A stretch of 64,000 nucleotides of DNA, filler included, from Piptocephalis cylindrospora (GCA_003614145.1; 7 parts of 7 records of this genome joined end to end with filler, not necessarily neighbours in it); one strand, 5' to 3'. Counted from the whole stretch's first letter, positions 35,626 through 47,898 are shown. Notes: a model not told the origin generated them from the sequence alone. Made by a program: numbers and translations.

Positions 35626-35820
35626 TGGGGTGGATCGTGTGTCATATAGACAGTGTTTTTTCTTTTCCTTTTCTCAGCAAAACATGAGCAAATGGTTGAG
35701 CATTAACAAGGAGGAAGAAGAGGTACATGGGTTGTAACTTGAATATTTTTCCGTCCCCCCTTTCAATCACATTTAAATCGGTACCGGAGATCCTGATGAT
35801 AATGGTTAGGACCCGCTATC

Positions 35821-36077
35821 TTATACCTTCTTTGCTGTTGGAAGGAAGTCCTGGATCGTCAAGGATCGTTGGGGTTCCTCTGCCCTGCGGGACACGTATG
35901 GCTTAAACTGAGGTGAGGATGGAGTGGGGTTAGGCGAATGGACATCATCGTTGCAGGACCCGACCAAACTTACCTCGCAGCCCTTCATGTCGGGAGCAAC
36001 AAAATGCCGGACCTTCTTCCAGTCAATGACATACCCACCATACTTGGTATGGTTACCCATGGATCCAGTGCGCTTTC
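35821..36077 (-). CDS. MRPL27: Mitochondrial ribosomal protein mL41 (yeast MRPL27), 3' exons; exon 1 unreadable in poly-C region
   Basis: GKRTGSMGNHTKYGGYVIDWKKVRHFVAPD...FKPYVS. Intron 35973-35908. Confidence 0.85.
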
Positions 36078-36660
36078 CTAAAGGATATGAGGGCATCATC
36101 AGGGACAGTCATCCCCCCCCCCCCCCTCCCCCCCCCCTTTCTCCCCCCCCACCCCCCCCCCTTTCCTTTCCCTTCCCCCCCCACCCCCCCCCTCTTGCAA
36201 AACAATTTCCCCCCCCCGCCCCCCCGCCACTCCAGCTGCCCCCTTCCCCATCATTATCGTCACCACTGGCGAGACAACAAATCGTTTCCAAAGACGATGG
36301 CGACCCGAGATGAGCGTGATCCGACCAAAAAGGCACTTTTTCAACAGTGACTCCATTGTTGTTGAAAAATATATTGTCTCATGGGGAAAATGCACCCAAA
36401 AGACTGCACGAATTCACACCCTTGTCACAGACTGAGGGGAGTGACTCCATCCTAAATGTGAGATTTGATTTTGTGCCAAAATCGATCTTGGATTTTGACA
36501 CGACGCTGTTATGCTGACGGCCCAGATTCATTTCCTCAATACATTTTCATTGTCTATGATGATGACTGCCCAGGTTTAGACTCATTCGCTACAAACGTTG
36601 CAGAAAGGTTTCCAAGGAGGGCGTCGGTCTTCTCTTCAGCGCCATCCAGTGAATCCAACC

Positions 36661-37782
36661 ATGTCCAGTATCAATAAGCCTCAGCCAAAGGCCATACGTG
36701 TTCAGGAGGAGGAGGCGGCCAGCGCTGAAGCAAGTCATGTCCAGGCCGTGTATGAGGATATCGCTCAGCACTTTAGTGCTACACGGTACAAGGTATGTGC
36801 TCTTTGGTCGATGGGAGCCCGATATATCGTGAACCTCACCTCTTCCTCGCTCTAGCCTTGGCCCGTGGTGGAAAGATTTCTTGGGTCTCTACCAGCAGGG
36901 TCCTTGGGTGCAGATGTTGGGTGCGGAAACGGCAAGTACTTGGGGGTGCGACCTGACCTGGTCACACTTGGATCGGATAGGTAAATTGTGTAAAAAGGAG
37001 GGGGATGGTGCTCAAAAGCTCCATCATCGACTCATTGTAGAACTTACCCTTTCCATCTCACTCTATCTGCTTGCAGATGCAAAGGTTTGGTCCAAGTATG
37101 CCGGGAACGAGGATTTGAGGCAGCCATCGCCGATAACCTTGAGTTGCCCTATCGGCCTGAACTTTTCGTACGTAACAGAAGGAGATAGGAATAAGGCAAA
37201 CAAACCACTTACATCATGATTTACCCTTTCATTCACAGGACTTTTGCCTCTCCATCGCGGTCATTCATCACTTTGCCTCGGAAGAGAGGAGAGTGGCTGC
37301 TCTAGTGGCTCTGCTTCGATTACTACGGCCTGGTGGCAAGCTGCTTGTGTTTGTCTGGGCGCTTGAACAAAAGGTACGTATGGGGCACGGGAATGGCATG
37401 ATGGGCTTAGAATGCTCATCCGACCCCCTCTCCCCAGGGAAAGAGAAATTTTTCGGCGGATGAACCTGATGTTCTTGTTCCATGGGTGATCCCATCCTCA
37501 TTAAAATCATTGGCGAAAAAGGAGGAGGGAAGCCAAGAGGATGCGACGGAAAAAGTGCATCAGCGGTATGTCATATCAGGATGGTAGGGGTTCTATCCAA
37601 GCGAGAGGGGTCTCATCCATCCATTCCTTTCTAGTTACTATCACTTGTTCCAGCAGGGTGAGCTGCCTCGCTTGACCCAGCAGGCCTTTTTGGCCTGCCC
37701 AGGAGCATTTACCCTCCAAGAAGAAGGGTATGACCGGGATAATTGGTTTGTTATTGTGGAGAGGCAAGTCGAGAGGGTATAA
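36661..37782 (+). CDS. TRM9: tRNA (carboxymethyluridine-5-O)-methyltransferase Trm9/ALKBH8-MT, multi-exon
   Basis: [58 protein letters not shown]. Confidence 0.92.
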
Positions 37783-38177
37783 ATGACATGACAAAATATA
37801 TGGTGTCTCGATAATAATACTGATTGGGGGGTAGTTTATGCTTTTTTTTGTCTAATAATAGTAACAATAAGACGATATGAAATATACTGTCGTGTAGTGA
37901 TGATCAAATGTGCAGGAAATGACACTGAGTAGAAGTCTGAACAGGGTTCAGTGTGATAAGAGAAGCACACCAAGGATGGAGCCACTGATGCTATCAAGAT
38001 TATCACATTGATATATCAAACTAGTGATCATTGATTGACTTCCAGATGACAAAGGTAGAAGCTAGATGGTCGTTGAGATGAAGGGGATAAGGAGCTTAAT
38101 GGATTAAGGGGATGAAGTGGTTTGAGAAGAGTATAAATACTCGGGGTTTGTCGAAGCAAGAATATGGAGAGAGATCA

Positions 38178-38294
38178 AAGTATGACAAGTGTGCCGAGTG
38201 TGACCTGTTTTCCTGTTTGTATGAGAAGTGACTCTACCCATCGAAGTATGACAAGTGTGCCGAGTGTGACCTGTTTTCCTGTTTGTATGAGAAG
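38178..38294. repeat. 66-bp-period tandem repeat (51 bp identical) running into contig end
   Basis: AAGTATGACAAGTGTGCCGAGTGTGACCTGTTTTCCTGTTTGTATGAGAAG at 38178-38228 and 38244-38294. Confidence 0.9.
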
Positions 38295-38394
38295 NNNNNN
38301 NNNNNNNNNNNNNNNNNNNNNNNNNNNNNNNNNNNNNNTTAATTAATTAANNNNNNNNNNNNNNNNNNNNNNNNNNNNNNNNNNNNNNNNNNNN
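38295..38394. other. Artificial contig linker
   Basis: N44-TTAATTAATTAA-N44. Confidence 0.98.
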
Positions 38395-39442
38395 GGTGAG
38401 GGAACAGGAGTTAAGGGAGGAAAATTCTGATTTTCGCATGGCATGAAAAGGTGAATTAGACTATGGATGTATACGGCCTGCGGTGACATGCGAGCATAAC
38501 GAGCGAAGGAGGGACTTGGGTTGATTGTTGGGACGATACCCCTTTGTGAACCTTTCAGGGTAGATGTCAAGCCTGCTTTTGCGGTGTTTAAACTCCAATA
38601 TGCTTCTAACCTTATGTGCTTGAGTATGGGAAAAAGGGCGAAAAATGAGATGAAAGGGCGAAGAATGGTCGATGGTTGATTTTAGGAGCTATTACTACAA
38701 GCAGAAGAAAAAGAGAGGGCAGAGACATCAGATTATCCCAGAAGGTTAAATGATATGATATCCCCTGATGCTTAATCCTCCCTTATACGTGTACCCTACG
38801 TAGGCATATGAAGTCACTTCATCAGTAGGGCAGTAGTATAATCATTCCATTATCCTCAAGCAAAGTAGGCTAGTGGGCATCCAAACGCGATACCCGTCCT
38901 TAAATCGGCCTGTGTGATACACTCCATTATCCCCCTTGCTGCGTACGGCTATGAGAAATATACCTATCTTTTCTCTTCTTTTCTGTTTTTCATATCAACT
39001 TTTCTAATTCCTCTTATACTTAGATGTCTATTTTTACAACCTGAGTGGGTAGAGATCTGATCATTGGTACCAAGACATCATTTATCATCTCTCCTGTGAG
39101 TGATGATCACATACTTTTTTTCTCTTTTGTTGCCCCTTCTAAGCCATCATAATGATGGGGAGGAATATTAAGGAAGTAGTATCCCCAAGGTTCCCTGAGG
39201 GCCCAAGGGAAAAAGTTCGGTTTAGATCCATCAATTATATCGATGATCGCATAGTCCTATTCGGGATGGGAGAGTCGAGGAGATGAAATTGAAGGGAAAT
39301 GCTCTTCATATTGAATGAATGTCAATAATCTCTAAATGGCCATGTAATAAATCCACTTCCGTCCAACCATCTCACCAAGATAAAACTGCTAAAGGTAGTT
39401 TTACTAATAAATTTGCCCTCCACCTACAAAAAGGTGATCCAT

Positions 39443-40409
39443 CTACCTAGACTCGCCTAAAGGATCCCCGAGAGAGATTGTGGCATGGAGAGGGGCTTCG
39501 AGTGTTTGTAATAAATTCGTCACCCGAGTAGTGGCAACATCACTTTCGGATTCGTCATCCATGATCAGAGCTTGGCGACGATGCTCGCGTCGTTTCTGCG
39601 CAGAGAGAAGAAGTAAGGTGACCAAAGAGCTTTTAAGCGCCCCTAGATAACATGGATGAGATAGGTGGTGGGATAATGCAACAACATCGCCCGCCCCTTC
39701 CCATAAGTATCATCCTTTATCACTTACAATCCACACTATAGATGTCATTGTAGAAGGCACCAAAGGCCTTGGTGGTAATGAGGACGTCTGTAATGAGGTT
39801 AACAATGAATACGGAAAGAGTATAAAGGAAGCCTTCAATGATGAGGTAGTTCCAGAAGGTGGTGCTTTTCTTGATAGCCAGACCTCGGACAGAGTATATG
39901 AGGTATAAGCCCATGAGGGTATTGGGGATGAGGTCAAAGGTAATTTTGATGAGTGGGACGATAACGGGAAAATCGACGTGACAGTAGAGCCCATCAAAGG
40001 TAGCATGAGACATGATATTGAGCATGAGGATAAATGCCAGGTAGACCAGGTATTGTAGGGCAAGGAAGATGGGGAAATCTAGATTTTTGGGCTTGAGATA
40101 CTGGATTTTAATGGAGACAATGGTCCTGATAGCCAGAAATCCAAGGACATTTAGGGTGATGGAAAATTAATATACTGGGGCACAGCCCACAACTTGATAC
40201 ATATAGAGGATATTTCCTAGGCTGTACCCCAGGCCTAGAAAGGCCTGAGCGGTGGTGAGGTAATGGATAGGGGAAGGAAGTTTCCAGCATAGAGGAAGGA
40301 ATCAACAAAGAGTCCGATAGAAGAGGATTCCACACACCACGTACACCAATTGCTCTCCTCGCAGAATATTTGCAAGGGAAGCGAAGACAGTATCTTCAGG
40401 AGCGTTCAT
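39443..40409 (-). pseudogene. Multi-pass (about 7 TM, receptor-like) membrane protein gene with two in-frame premature stops
   Basis: One frame from ATG 40409 runs through TGA (40304-40302) and TAA (40169-40167) into ORF 39720-40025. Intact intron 39727-39643 (DW junction). Final exon ends at 39443. Confidence 0.72.
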
Positions 40410-42199
40410 GGGGGTGGTAATGAACGGATAGAAGTGCTTGGTAGGCGGGGATTGAAAGGAGGGCAGAGGCTGGGGTTAAGGACAGGAAGAAAGGCAATAG
40501 TGATGGAGTGTATGGTCGATCTAGGGGGATTATAACGAAGGAAAAGTAGATAAACAACAACGAAAAAGGATCAATGGTGCCTCAGCAATTTCCCTACCCA
40601 ATAAGATATATTTTAATGGTCGGAATCACCACGCGGAGTACTGTGGATAGGTGTACACGGTTGAAGATCGTCAGGAGGGATCTCATCCTCCTTCGAACAC
40701 CATGCTCTTGCACAATGTAGATGCCAGCCTTACGCATCTACACTTTTCTTTCATGCAGCTCCTCTCTCTAGCCCTAGATCCAGTACGGGAGATGTGCGTT
40801 TTGATAATAAAGATGGTCGATAAACAAGGGATAAAACAGCGATTTGGCCATGTCGACACCATGGATGAGTGGACCGATACAAACAACATTTATAACACGT
40901 ACCCTCCTTGGCGCTTCTCTTACTTGATGGAGGAAGAAGTGATCGCTCCACCGCACAAGCATGCATCGGGTAAGGAAAAGGGGTGGCGAAGAGAACGTTA
41001 TTCCCCCTCTCTTGCATTCACGATGCATGATGAGTCATGTGACAAAGTCCCCATTGTAATTAGAGGTAATTGACGAGGATAAACTGAAATATTCTAAACA
41101 TGCTTGCAGGAGACACGCTCACCATCAGAAGAGTCACACCGCATCTGAAAGAGAGAAAGTTATGACTCTTTTGGAAGTATAATATGGGAAATGGGTGTGT
41201 ACCTATGTTAAACCCAAGATATTTGCCTTACTCATCCTCGAAATGGACATTCAGATAAATGAGAGAGGAGCTCAAGTGGAGAAAAGCAGCTGTCTAAACA
41301 AACAGTAGGTTAGTCCGGAATAGGGTTTATGCCCATTCGGCGGGAATCTACTTTAACTACTATAAGGTGTACGTATGAGCCATCCATAGACCTTTTAGGA
41401 CCACCTTTACCAATCCTCACTAATGAAAGGAGGAAGCGTCCCATGATCTTCTGTTGAGGCTCCATCGACGATACATGCATGCAGGTGCGACTCAAGCACA
41501 CTGGGATGTCCAGACTCATACCCCATCATGAACAAGAGCAAGGGTATCTGGCGTCCCGACCAATGTATGGAGAGTTATGTGGTCCAGGGCAGGAGCAGGG
41601 TCGAGGGCGATGTGTGTGGGGTACTGCTGTGTGTAAGGGGAAGGAGAGCGGGAGCTGAACTCAAGTCACAGCATCCCTCCTTAGTAGTAACAGTATGACG
41701 ACCCCGACAGGGCCTTTTCCCTCGCTGTCCTCATCAGCACACTAACCCAGGTTTCTTCCAAACCCAAGCTTGGTTTCCCCAGCCATAGACACACAGCACA
41801 CGCAGTGACCGACGGGAATGCGCAGTGTGAAAGACGAGCTTCCCTCCCAATAATCATCCCCCCCTTTTACCCCACGAATGATGGAGAGAAAGGCTGCACA
41901 CGCTACCATTCTACTCCCGCTTCCTGTCCGATGTGGGCCAGTCAGTGTATAATGCCAGCCAGGCCACAGTAGGCCATGGGAAGCCCAGCTCTCCTTTCCC
42001 TCTACGACATCTTTCTTCCTCTTCCCATCTCTTACCCCCTTCTCCCTTTGCCTTGAATTCTCCTTTGTGGTCCAGTTCTTTTCTTTTTCTCTTTCCCTGT
42101 ACCAGCCCACCAATCTACCTCGCAGCCTTCCTGCCCATTCCGCCACACTTTCCCCTCTCATCCCCCCTCTCATCCCCCGCTCATTGACCTATTCAGCCC

Positions 42200-43429
42200 A
42201 TGTTTTTATCCTTTGTATCCTCCCTGGTGGTTCATGCAGTGGGCTTCCTCTACCCAGCCTATGCTTCCTTCAAGGCTCTGCAGCTGGAGGTGGGCTCGGA
42301 ACGGGCCTTGGAGGAACAGACTCGGTGGCTCGTCTACTGGGTTGTGTATGGCCTAGTGTCGGCGGCCACCTACCTCACCGATACCTTTCTCTTCTGGCTT
42401 CCCTTTTACGATTTTGGCAAGATCCTCCTGTGTCTTTACCTTGTCCTTCCCCAAACCCAGGGGGCCCTCGTCCTTTTTCACCTGTACTTTCAACCCAAGC
42501 TTCGTCAGTATGAGCCCACCATTGATGATGCACTGCAACAGGCGGAGCACCAATTCCTCGAGACCTCCAAGGACTGGAGTCAGCGTGCATGGATCCTTCT
42601 CCGTCGGTTTATCACCGATGTTGTGAGCCGGGTAAGTGAACATTATCTTCCTCCTCCTCTCTCTCCCCCCCATGCACATACACCTCTCACACCTCGCTTC
42701 CTCTATATTCAGCAACAAGAGTCGGGTATGGAGGATGCTGGAGATCGTATCCAGGAGCTTGATGCATCAGAAACCCCGACCACATCTGTCTCATCGGCTA
42801 CATCCATGCTCTCCACATCATTTTACTCTGGATTGGCCATGCAAGGGATTCGCGCCTTGGCGGTACGGGCAGGGAACGCTGCTGCCACAGCCTCCTCTTC
42901 TCTTTCCCCCACCCGGGCCAAGGAGGCGGGTCTGAGTAAAGAGGAACAGGCTGAGGCCCTACGTCGTCGACGTGAAGCCCTTTCCCGTTCTCTGAAGCAG
43001 ATGGAGGAGGAAGAGGGAAAGCTCCGGTCCGGCTCCTTGGTTCCACCTCACGGCTCCACCTCCACGGCTTCTTCTTCGGCCTCTTCCACCCCCTCTCCTC
43101 CCTCTCCCCTGATGGTTCGTCGTAATGTATCCGGGGCCATGGCTGGAGAGGAGTCAGGGACAGCAACGGAGGATGAATTTAGCTTTGTGGAAAGGGAGAA
43201 TGGAAGTGGAGATGGTCGGAACCGCGGGAGCGGTAGCTGGCTTCCTTGGGGTGGTAGTGGAAGCAAGCAGACGGATGGAACCAAAGAGGAGCAGACCGGC
43301 TTACTGAGTACTACTGAATCTCAAGATGCCGAGGTCCCACATCATCCCACTTTATCTCCTCCTACAGACGCCAATAGCAACAGTGCGGCCTTGGAGGAGA
43401 AAAGGCCTCTGCTCGAAGAAAAGGAGTAA
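42200..43429 (+). CDS. REEP/Yop1 (TB2/DP1/HVA22) family ER-shaping protein with long disordered tail
   Basis: GFLYPAYASFKAL, RWLVYWVVYG, FWLPFYDFGK...LVLPQTQGA. Probable 81-bp stopless intron 42632-42712. Confidence 0.9.
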   Translation: MFLSFVSSLVVHAVGFLYPAYASFKALQLEVGSERALEEQTRWLVYWVVYGLVSAATYLTDTFLFWLPFYDFGKILLCLYLVLPQTQGALVLFHLYFQPKLRQYEPTIDDALQQAEHQFLETSKDWSQRAWILLRRFITDVVSRVSEHYLPPPLSPPHAHTPLTPRFLYIQQQESGMEDAGDRIQELDASETPTTSVSSATSMLSTSFYSGLAMQGIRALAVRAGNAAATASSSLSPTRAKEAGLSKEEQAEALRRRREALSRSLKQMEEEEGKLRSGSLVPPHGSTSTASSSASSTPSPPSPLMVRRNVSGAMAGEESGTATEDEFSFVERENGSGDGRNRGSGSWLPWGGSGSKQTDGTKEEQTGLLSTTESQDAEVPHHPTLSPPTDANSNSAALEEKRPLLEEKE

Positions 43430-44744
43430 AGGGATGAAGCAGGACATGGAACCGTGATGGCGTGCTATAAGAGGAGGATGAGTGAAGTGTCATGTGGTTT
43501 GGAAAGAGCAAAAAAAGGGATATCTTCCCATCTCTTTTCATCATACTTCAAACTCGGCAAATATCGGATTTCCTATAGTTTGACGAGTAGACGTCAAGCT
43601 TTCCCCAATCTCTCCACATCGATCAGTGTACACGATCGAGATAAGGGATGGGGGTGTACATGCCTTCTCAGCACGGCCAATAGAATGTCATTAGCCCAAT
43701 CAGATATTTTCCAGCACGCATTATCCTTTTAGAGGCATCTTCTCTGTCTCGTCCATAAATCATCTACCACCCTTTCAATGCTTCTATCCGCTCCGCTCGC
43801 CCTGTTAATTACATTTATCCTTTTCTTCATCTATGTCTGGTTTCTCTAGTCTGACACTAGCAAATTCTCAGCCGAGATCACCAACAGTGTAAAGTATAGC
43901 AGACTGGGCTATTTAAGGAGAAATGGCCTGCCAGAGTGAGATTGTTCTTGCTTTAAATAGCAAGAGTCATCTCGTCTTGAAGTTCACTTGGCATCTTCCG
44001 CAAAAAGGGAAATGGCTGAGGGTTCAATATAAGCCTGACTAACGACGAAACCTCGGGTCACTCTAGCGATCAGCTCCTTGAAACGCAGCACGTACTGAGC
44101 ATTAGAATTGCATGAAACCGAATATTAAAAGCAGCTTTTCTAATACATCTATAATCAGTCCTGACAATGATGATTTTATGCCTTTCTAAAGTATTTAGAG
44201 ATCCTAGGGCTCTTACCAAATCCAGAAGCCCAAGGCGCCCCAGATTCTCATAAGCCCAAAGAGACCCAGCCTCTCGGAGAAGTCAAGCAAACTCAGTATG
44301 TCAAATTACGCGAGGCGATTAAAGGTACAAAGGGCCTTGGAATTCTCCTGTGAAAGCTTCTCTAATTATGGTGGGTTGTTCACAGCGACCGCTTTTAAAA
44401 TGAAAGCACGTGCAGAAAGTGCGTGCGGTACGGGTGGAATGATTCTGGGATCCCTTCTCCAGCTGCCTTGGTAGGCTGCGCTGTTCAATGCAAGGGGTTG
44501 TGGGAGACAGAGGGACACATTGGCAAATAGGACCGGCCATATTCGCCCATTTTCACAAACACCTGCTCCACAAAGGATTGATCCTGAAAAAAAAAGAAAA
44601 TCGCTCGGGAAAAAGGAAACCTTCCGATTCTAAAAAGTACACATATCCTTTCCTTCGTTCTCCCCTTGGTGAAATACACACAGGCACGATTTCCTCCCCT
44701 CTTTCCCCACCCTCTTTAAAGTATCATCCTTAAACTCAACAACC

Positions 44745-45296
44745 ATGTCGATGCAGCCGAGAAGCGCCGAGGAGAAATTTTGGGGAGCAGTCAAGGACTC
44801 GTGTCTCACCAAGTCAGCAGGGGCATGTGCGGGAGGGTTCGGGATTGGGCTACTTTTTGGGCTGCTGATGACGTCCTTTGACGTACAACCACCAACGGCA
44901 GCCGAGGCGAAGAAGGGACCGTCGACGGGGCAGCAAGCCAAGGCGATCATTCGGGAGATGGGGACTAAGAGTTACTCGATGGGCAAGAGTTTTGCTGTAG
45001 TAGGGGCAATCTTTACTGGAGTGGAATGCACGATTGAGGGCTACCGAGCCAAGAATGATTTGTACAATTCAGCCAGTGCAGGATGTGTAACTGGGGCTAT
45101 CCTTGGAAGAAAAAGTAAGTAGTGGTGGTAGAGGCTACAGGTGTTGTGCTAACACGCACTCATACCATGCCTAACCCTGAACAACCCTGAACAACCCTGA
45201 ACAGATGGACCCAAGGCAGCAGCGTTGGGATGCGCAGGGTTTGCGGCGTTTTCCACGGCAATTGACTATTACATGACGCATCGGGAAGTGGATTGA
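44745..45296 (+). CDS. TIM22: Mitochondrial import inner membrane translocase Tim22; intron 45115-45204
   Basis: DSCLTKS...GGFGIG, VECTIEGYRAKNDLYNSASAGCVTGA, GPKAAALGCAGFAAFSTAIDYY. Confidence 0.95.
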
Positions 45297-45773
45297 AAGG
45301 GGGCTGGACGATGGAATGAGGGAGGATAAGGCGGAAGGAAAGAAGAAGATGGGAAGAATGAACATGTGATATTTGATAGAAGGGATCTACAGGATGCATT
45401 GTTATCTTGTGTGGATGAGATGGGACGAATGAGGCTGAGCGATCATCAAAGAACAAAGGGAGAGGGGGAACAAAAAACACAAGGACAGCTATGGATGGTG
45501 AATTCATTTTTAGAGTTGAATGAATGATGGAGTAAATTCTTTTGCACACACACACGCTCGCACACATGGAGACACACAGACAGAGAACAGATGGAGACAT
45601 ACCCAAGTCACTCCTGTCCCCTCCTTGACCTTGCCCCTTACATGCCCCGCATACGCTGGACACGCCATCCCAACCAGAGTGTGGGAAACCCCCATGGATC
45701 GTGAATAAGAAATGCACATGTACGATCCCAGAGGCCCTTGACGAGGGAGAGAGGGAGGAGGGGCAGGACTAGG

Positions 45774-47282
45774 CTAACGGACGACATACTGCCAGGAAGA
45801 AGAATCCCGGTCTATACCGTGAAGGTAGGCAAGGACACGCTGGGTCCCGCGACCCATGACGGACTCCTCCACACCGGCCCATCCCACCCCACATCCAAAC
45901 ATGCCCCCTTGCTCCACACACACTCGGATTCGCCTGCCTTCCTCCTCCTCCTGGCATGCCCACCCCACCGTGTCCTCCACGGTGACTTCCCGACTCCCAC
46001 AGATCAGGAGTGTGGGTGGGAGGGCGGCGGGGGATGGACAGACTTTGCCGTGGGAGGAAAGGGCGCCATCTCCCCCACCGATGGAGGTGGGCCAAGGAGC
46101 AAGGACCATACGAGGAGGGATAAAATCCCGAGTTTGGCCCCTTCCACGACCCAACCATCCTCGTAGGATCCCTCCACCGCCACCACCACCACCACTACGA
46201 CCCACATGATGGGTTAGAGAGGTAGAGGGAGACATGATCCAGGAGGTAGGGGTAAAGTAAGTTTTTGCCCCGTCATTCCTTCCTCCCTCCTCCTCTATCC
46301 TCCTCAACTCCTCCTCCTCATGACCATACACACACTCAGTGGGACTGGGGGACTTGACCCATGGGGAGATCCCGACAATGCCATCGATATTGGGGACGTG
46401 AAGGGCCACAGCAGCCCCAGCCCCAGCCCCGGCAAGGATGACACGGACTTTACGCGTAGTCGTGTGATATCGATGCCTTAGGCTCTCAACCACCCCGGAC
46501 ACATGGTCCGCCTGGGCCTCCAAAGTTCCAGTCACGTCCATATTCAAGGCAAGAATGTGAAGATCGGACTTGACCTCTTCCTCCTCCTCCTCCTTTCCCC
46601 CTTGATCCCTTCTCCATGCCTCCATCCACTGGGTGAGGGCAGGGGCAGCGAGAAGGGAGTGACCCCAACCCCAACCAATGACGGGGATCCATAGGACCAG
46701 GATGAGGGAGGGGATGGGGGTGGATGGGAGAGGAAAGGAAGAGAGTCCGGGGGAATCGACGGAGCTGGGAGGGGTGGGTAAGGGGGAGAAGGAGGTGGGA
46801 GCAATGGAGGATTTCAAGGAAGAAGAGAGCTGATTAGAATGGTCCTTTTCCTTAGTCCCTACAGGCAGGGAGGATGGAGGGGATGGGGATGGCCCTTGAA
46901 TCCACCAACCCAGTCCATTGGACTCCTCCCCATCGGCTTCGATGGGGATAGGTCCGGATCCCCCTTCAAGGACCCCACCATCCCCTTCGGAGCCCGGCTT
47001 CCCCTCCCAGGTGAGGGAGAGATGACGGGCCTGGGAGGAGACGAGGAGACGCAGAGCTCGTTGGATGGCCGGGGTGGGAAGTTGATCCAGAGCTAGACGT
47101 AGTAGGCGAAGCCCACATCGACGAGACAATGGGATGACTGAAGGCTGATCCCTGGGAGGAAGAAGGGCCAGGGGAAAGAGAAGGAGAAGGAGGAGGAGGG
47201 GGGGGAAGAGGACGGAAAAGGCTGCGACTACCGTGACGGCCCCAGATGCTGGAAGGAGCAAGGAACGTATCCAATGATCCAT
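45774..47282 (-). CDS. Membrane-anchored alpha/beta-hydrolase-3 (HSL/Say1-like) fold protein with degenerate catalytic motifs
   Basis: N-terminal TM. Motif order ILALNM, VILAGAGAGA, GISPWV, LPPTLLICGSREV, GGMFG matches the family, but the Ser and His are absent. Confidence 0.65.
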   Translation of the reverse strand: MDHWIRSLLLPASGAVTVVAAFSVLFPPLLLLLLLFPLALLPPRDQPSVIPLSRRCGLRLLRLALDQLPTPAIQRALRLLVSSQARHLSLTWEGKPGSEGDGGVLEGGSGPIPIEADGEESNGLGWWIQGPSPSPPSSLPVGTKEKDHSNQLSSSLKSSIAPTSFSPLPTPPSSVDSPGLSSFPLPSTPIPSLILVLWIPVIGWGWGHSLLAAPALTQWMEAWRRDQGGKEEEEEEVKSDLHILALNMDVTGTLEAQADHVSGVVESLRHRYHTTTRKVRVILAGAGAGAAVALHVPNIDGIVGISPWVKSPSPTECVYGHEEEELRRIEEEGGRNDGAKTYFTPTSWIMSPSTSLTHHVGRSGGGGGGGGILRGWLGRGRGQTRDFIPPRMVLAPWPTSIGGGDGALSSHGKVCPSPAALPPTLLICGSREVTVEDTVGWACQEEEEGRRIRVCVEQGGMFGCGVGWAGVEESVMGRGTQRVLAYLHGIDRDSSSWQYVVR

Positions 47283-47798
47283 CAACAGGCCTATGTGGAA
47301 GAGGTGGTGGTGGTGGTGGTAAGTGATTGAGGAAAGGAAGGGAGAGATATGATGTTGAGCAGGAAGACAATGATGAAAGAGAGAGAGAGAGAGAGGAAAA
47401 GGCAAAAGAAGGAAAGAAAGAAAAAAGCGGGAATGGTGAGGAGGAAAAGGAAGAGTAATTAGGAAAGAAGAGTAAATTGAGAGAAGCGAGAGAAGCGAGA
47501 GAGAGGGGGTAAGAGAAAGGGGGGGCGATGGATATTCATAAGGTGAGTGGGGAATGGAGGGTGATGCGTCGCATGGCATATGGAAGGATGGATAGAGGGT
47601 GGGTGAGCGCGTGTAGGTCCGCGAAGCGGAGTGTGAAAATGAGATAGGGTATGAGTGGTGTGGGGAGGGAGAGGACCTCGCGTAAGGATCATCTACAAGT
47701 GCACAGAGACACAAAGCAGCAGCAAGTAGGAAGGTTTAAGCCCTCACCTCTCCAAAGCCCCATTCTTCTCTGAGCAAGTGTGAAGGGAGAAGAAAGAA

Positions 47799-47898
47799 NN
47801 NNNNNNNNNNNNNNNNNNNNNNNNNNNNNNNNNNNNNNNNNNTTAATTAATTAANNNNNNNNNNNNNNNNNNNNNNNNNNNNNNNNNNNNNNNNNNNN
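47799..47898. other. Artificial contig linker
   Basis: N44-TTAATTAATTAA-N44. Confidence 0.98.

Noticed and set aside
36113..36245. Extreme poly-C/poly-Pro tract as a G-quadruplex element or proline-rich gene
   Set aside because: It lies where mL41 intron 1 and exon 1 should be and looks like low-quality, homopolymer-corrupted consensus.
38178..38294. CRISPR-like repeat-spacer-repeat
   Set aside because: Eukaryotic context, 51-bp repeat with a 15-bp spacer, only two copies, no cas genes.
44008..44090. tRNA-like start GGGAAATGGCTGAGGGTT
   Set aside because: No T-arm GTTCRA motif and no acceptor-stem pairing found.
45173..45202. (AACCCTGAAC)3 in the TIM22 intron resembling telomeric repeats
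   Set aside because: Short intronic 10-bp slippage repeat, not a TTAGGG-type array.
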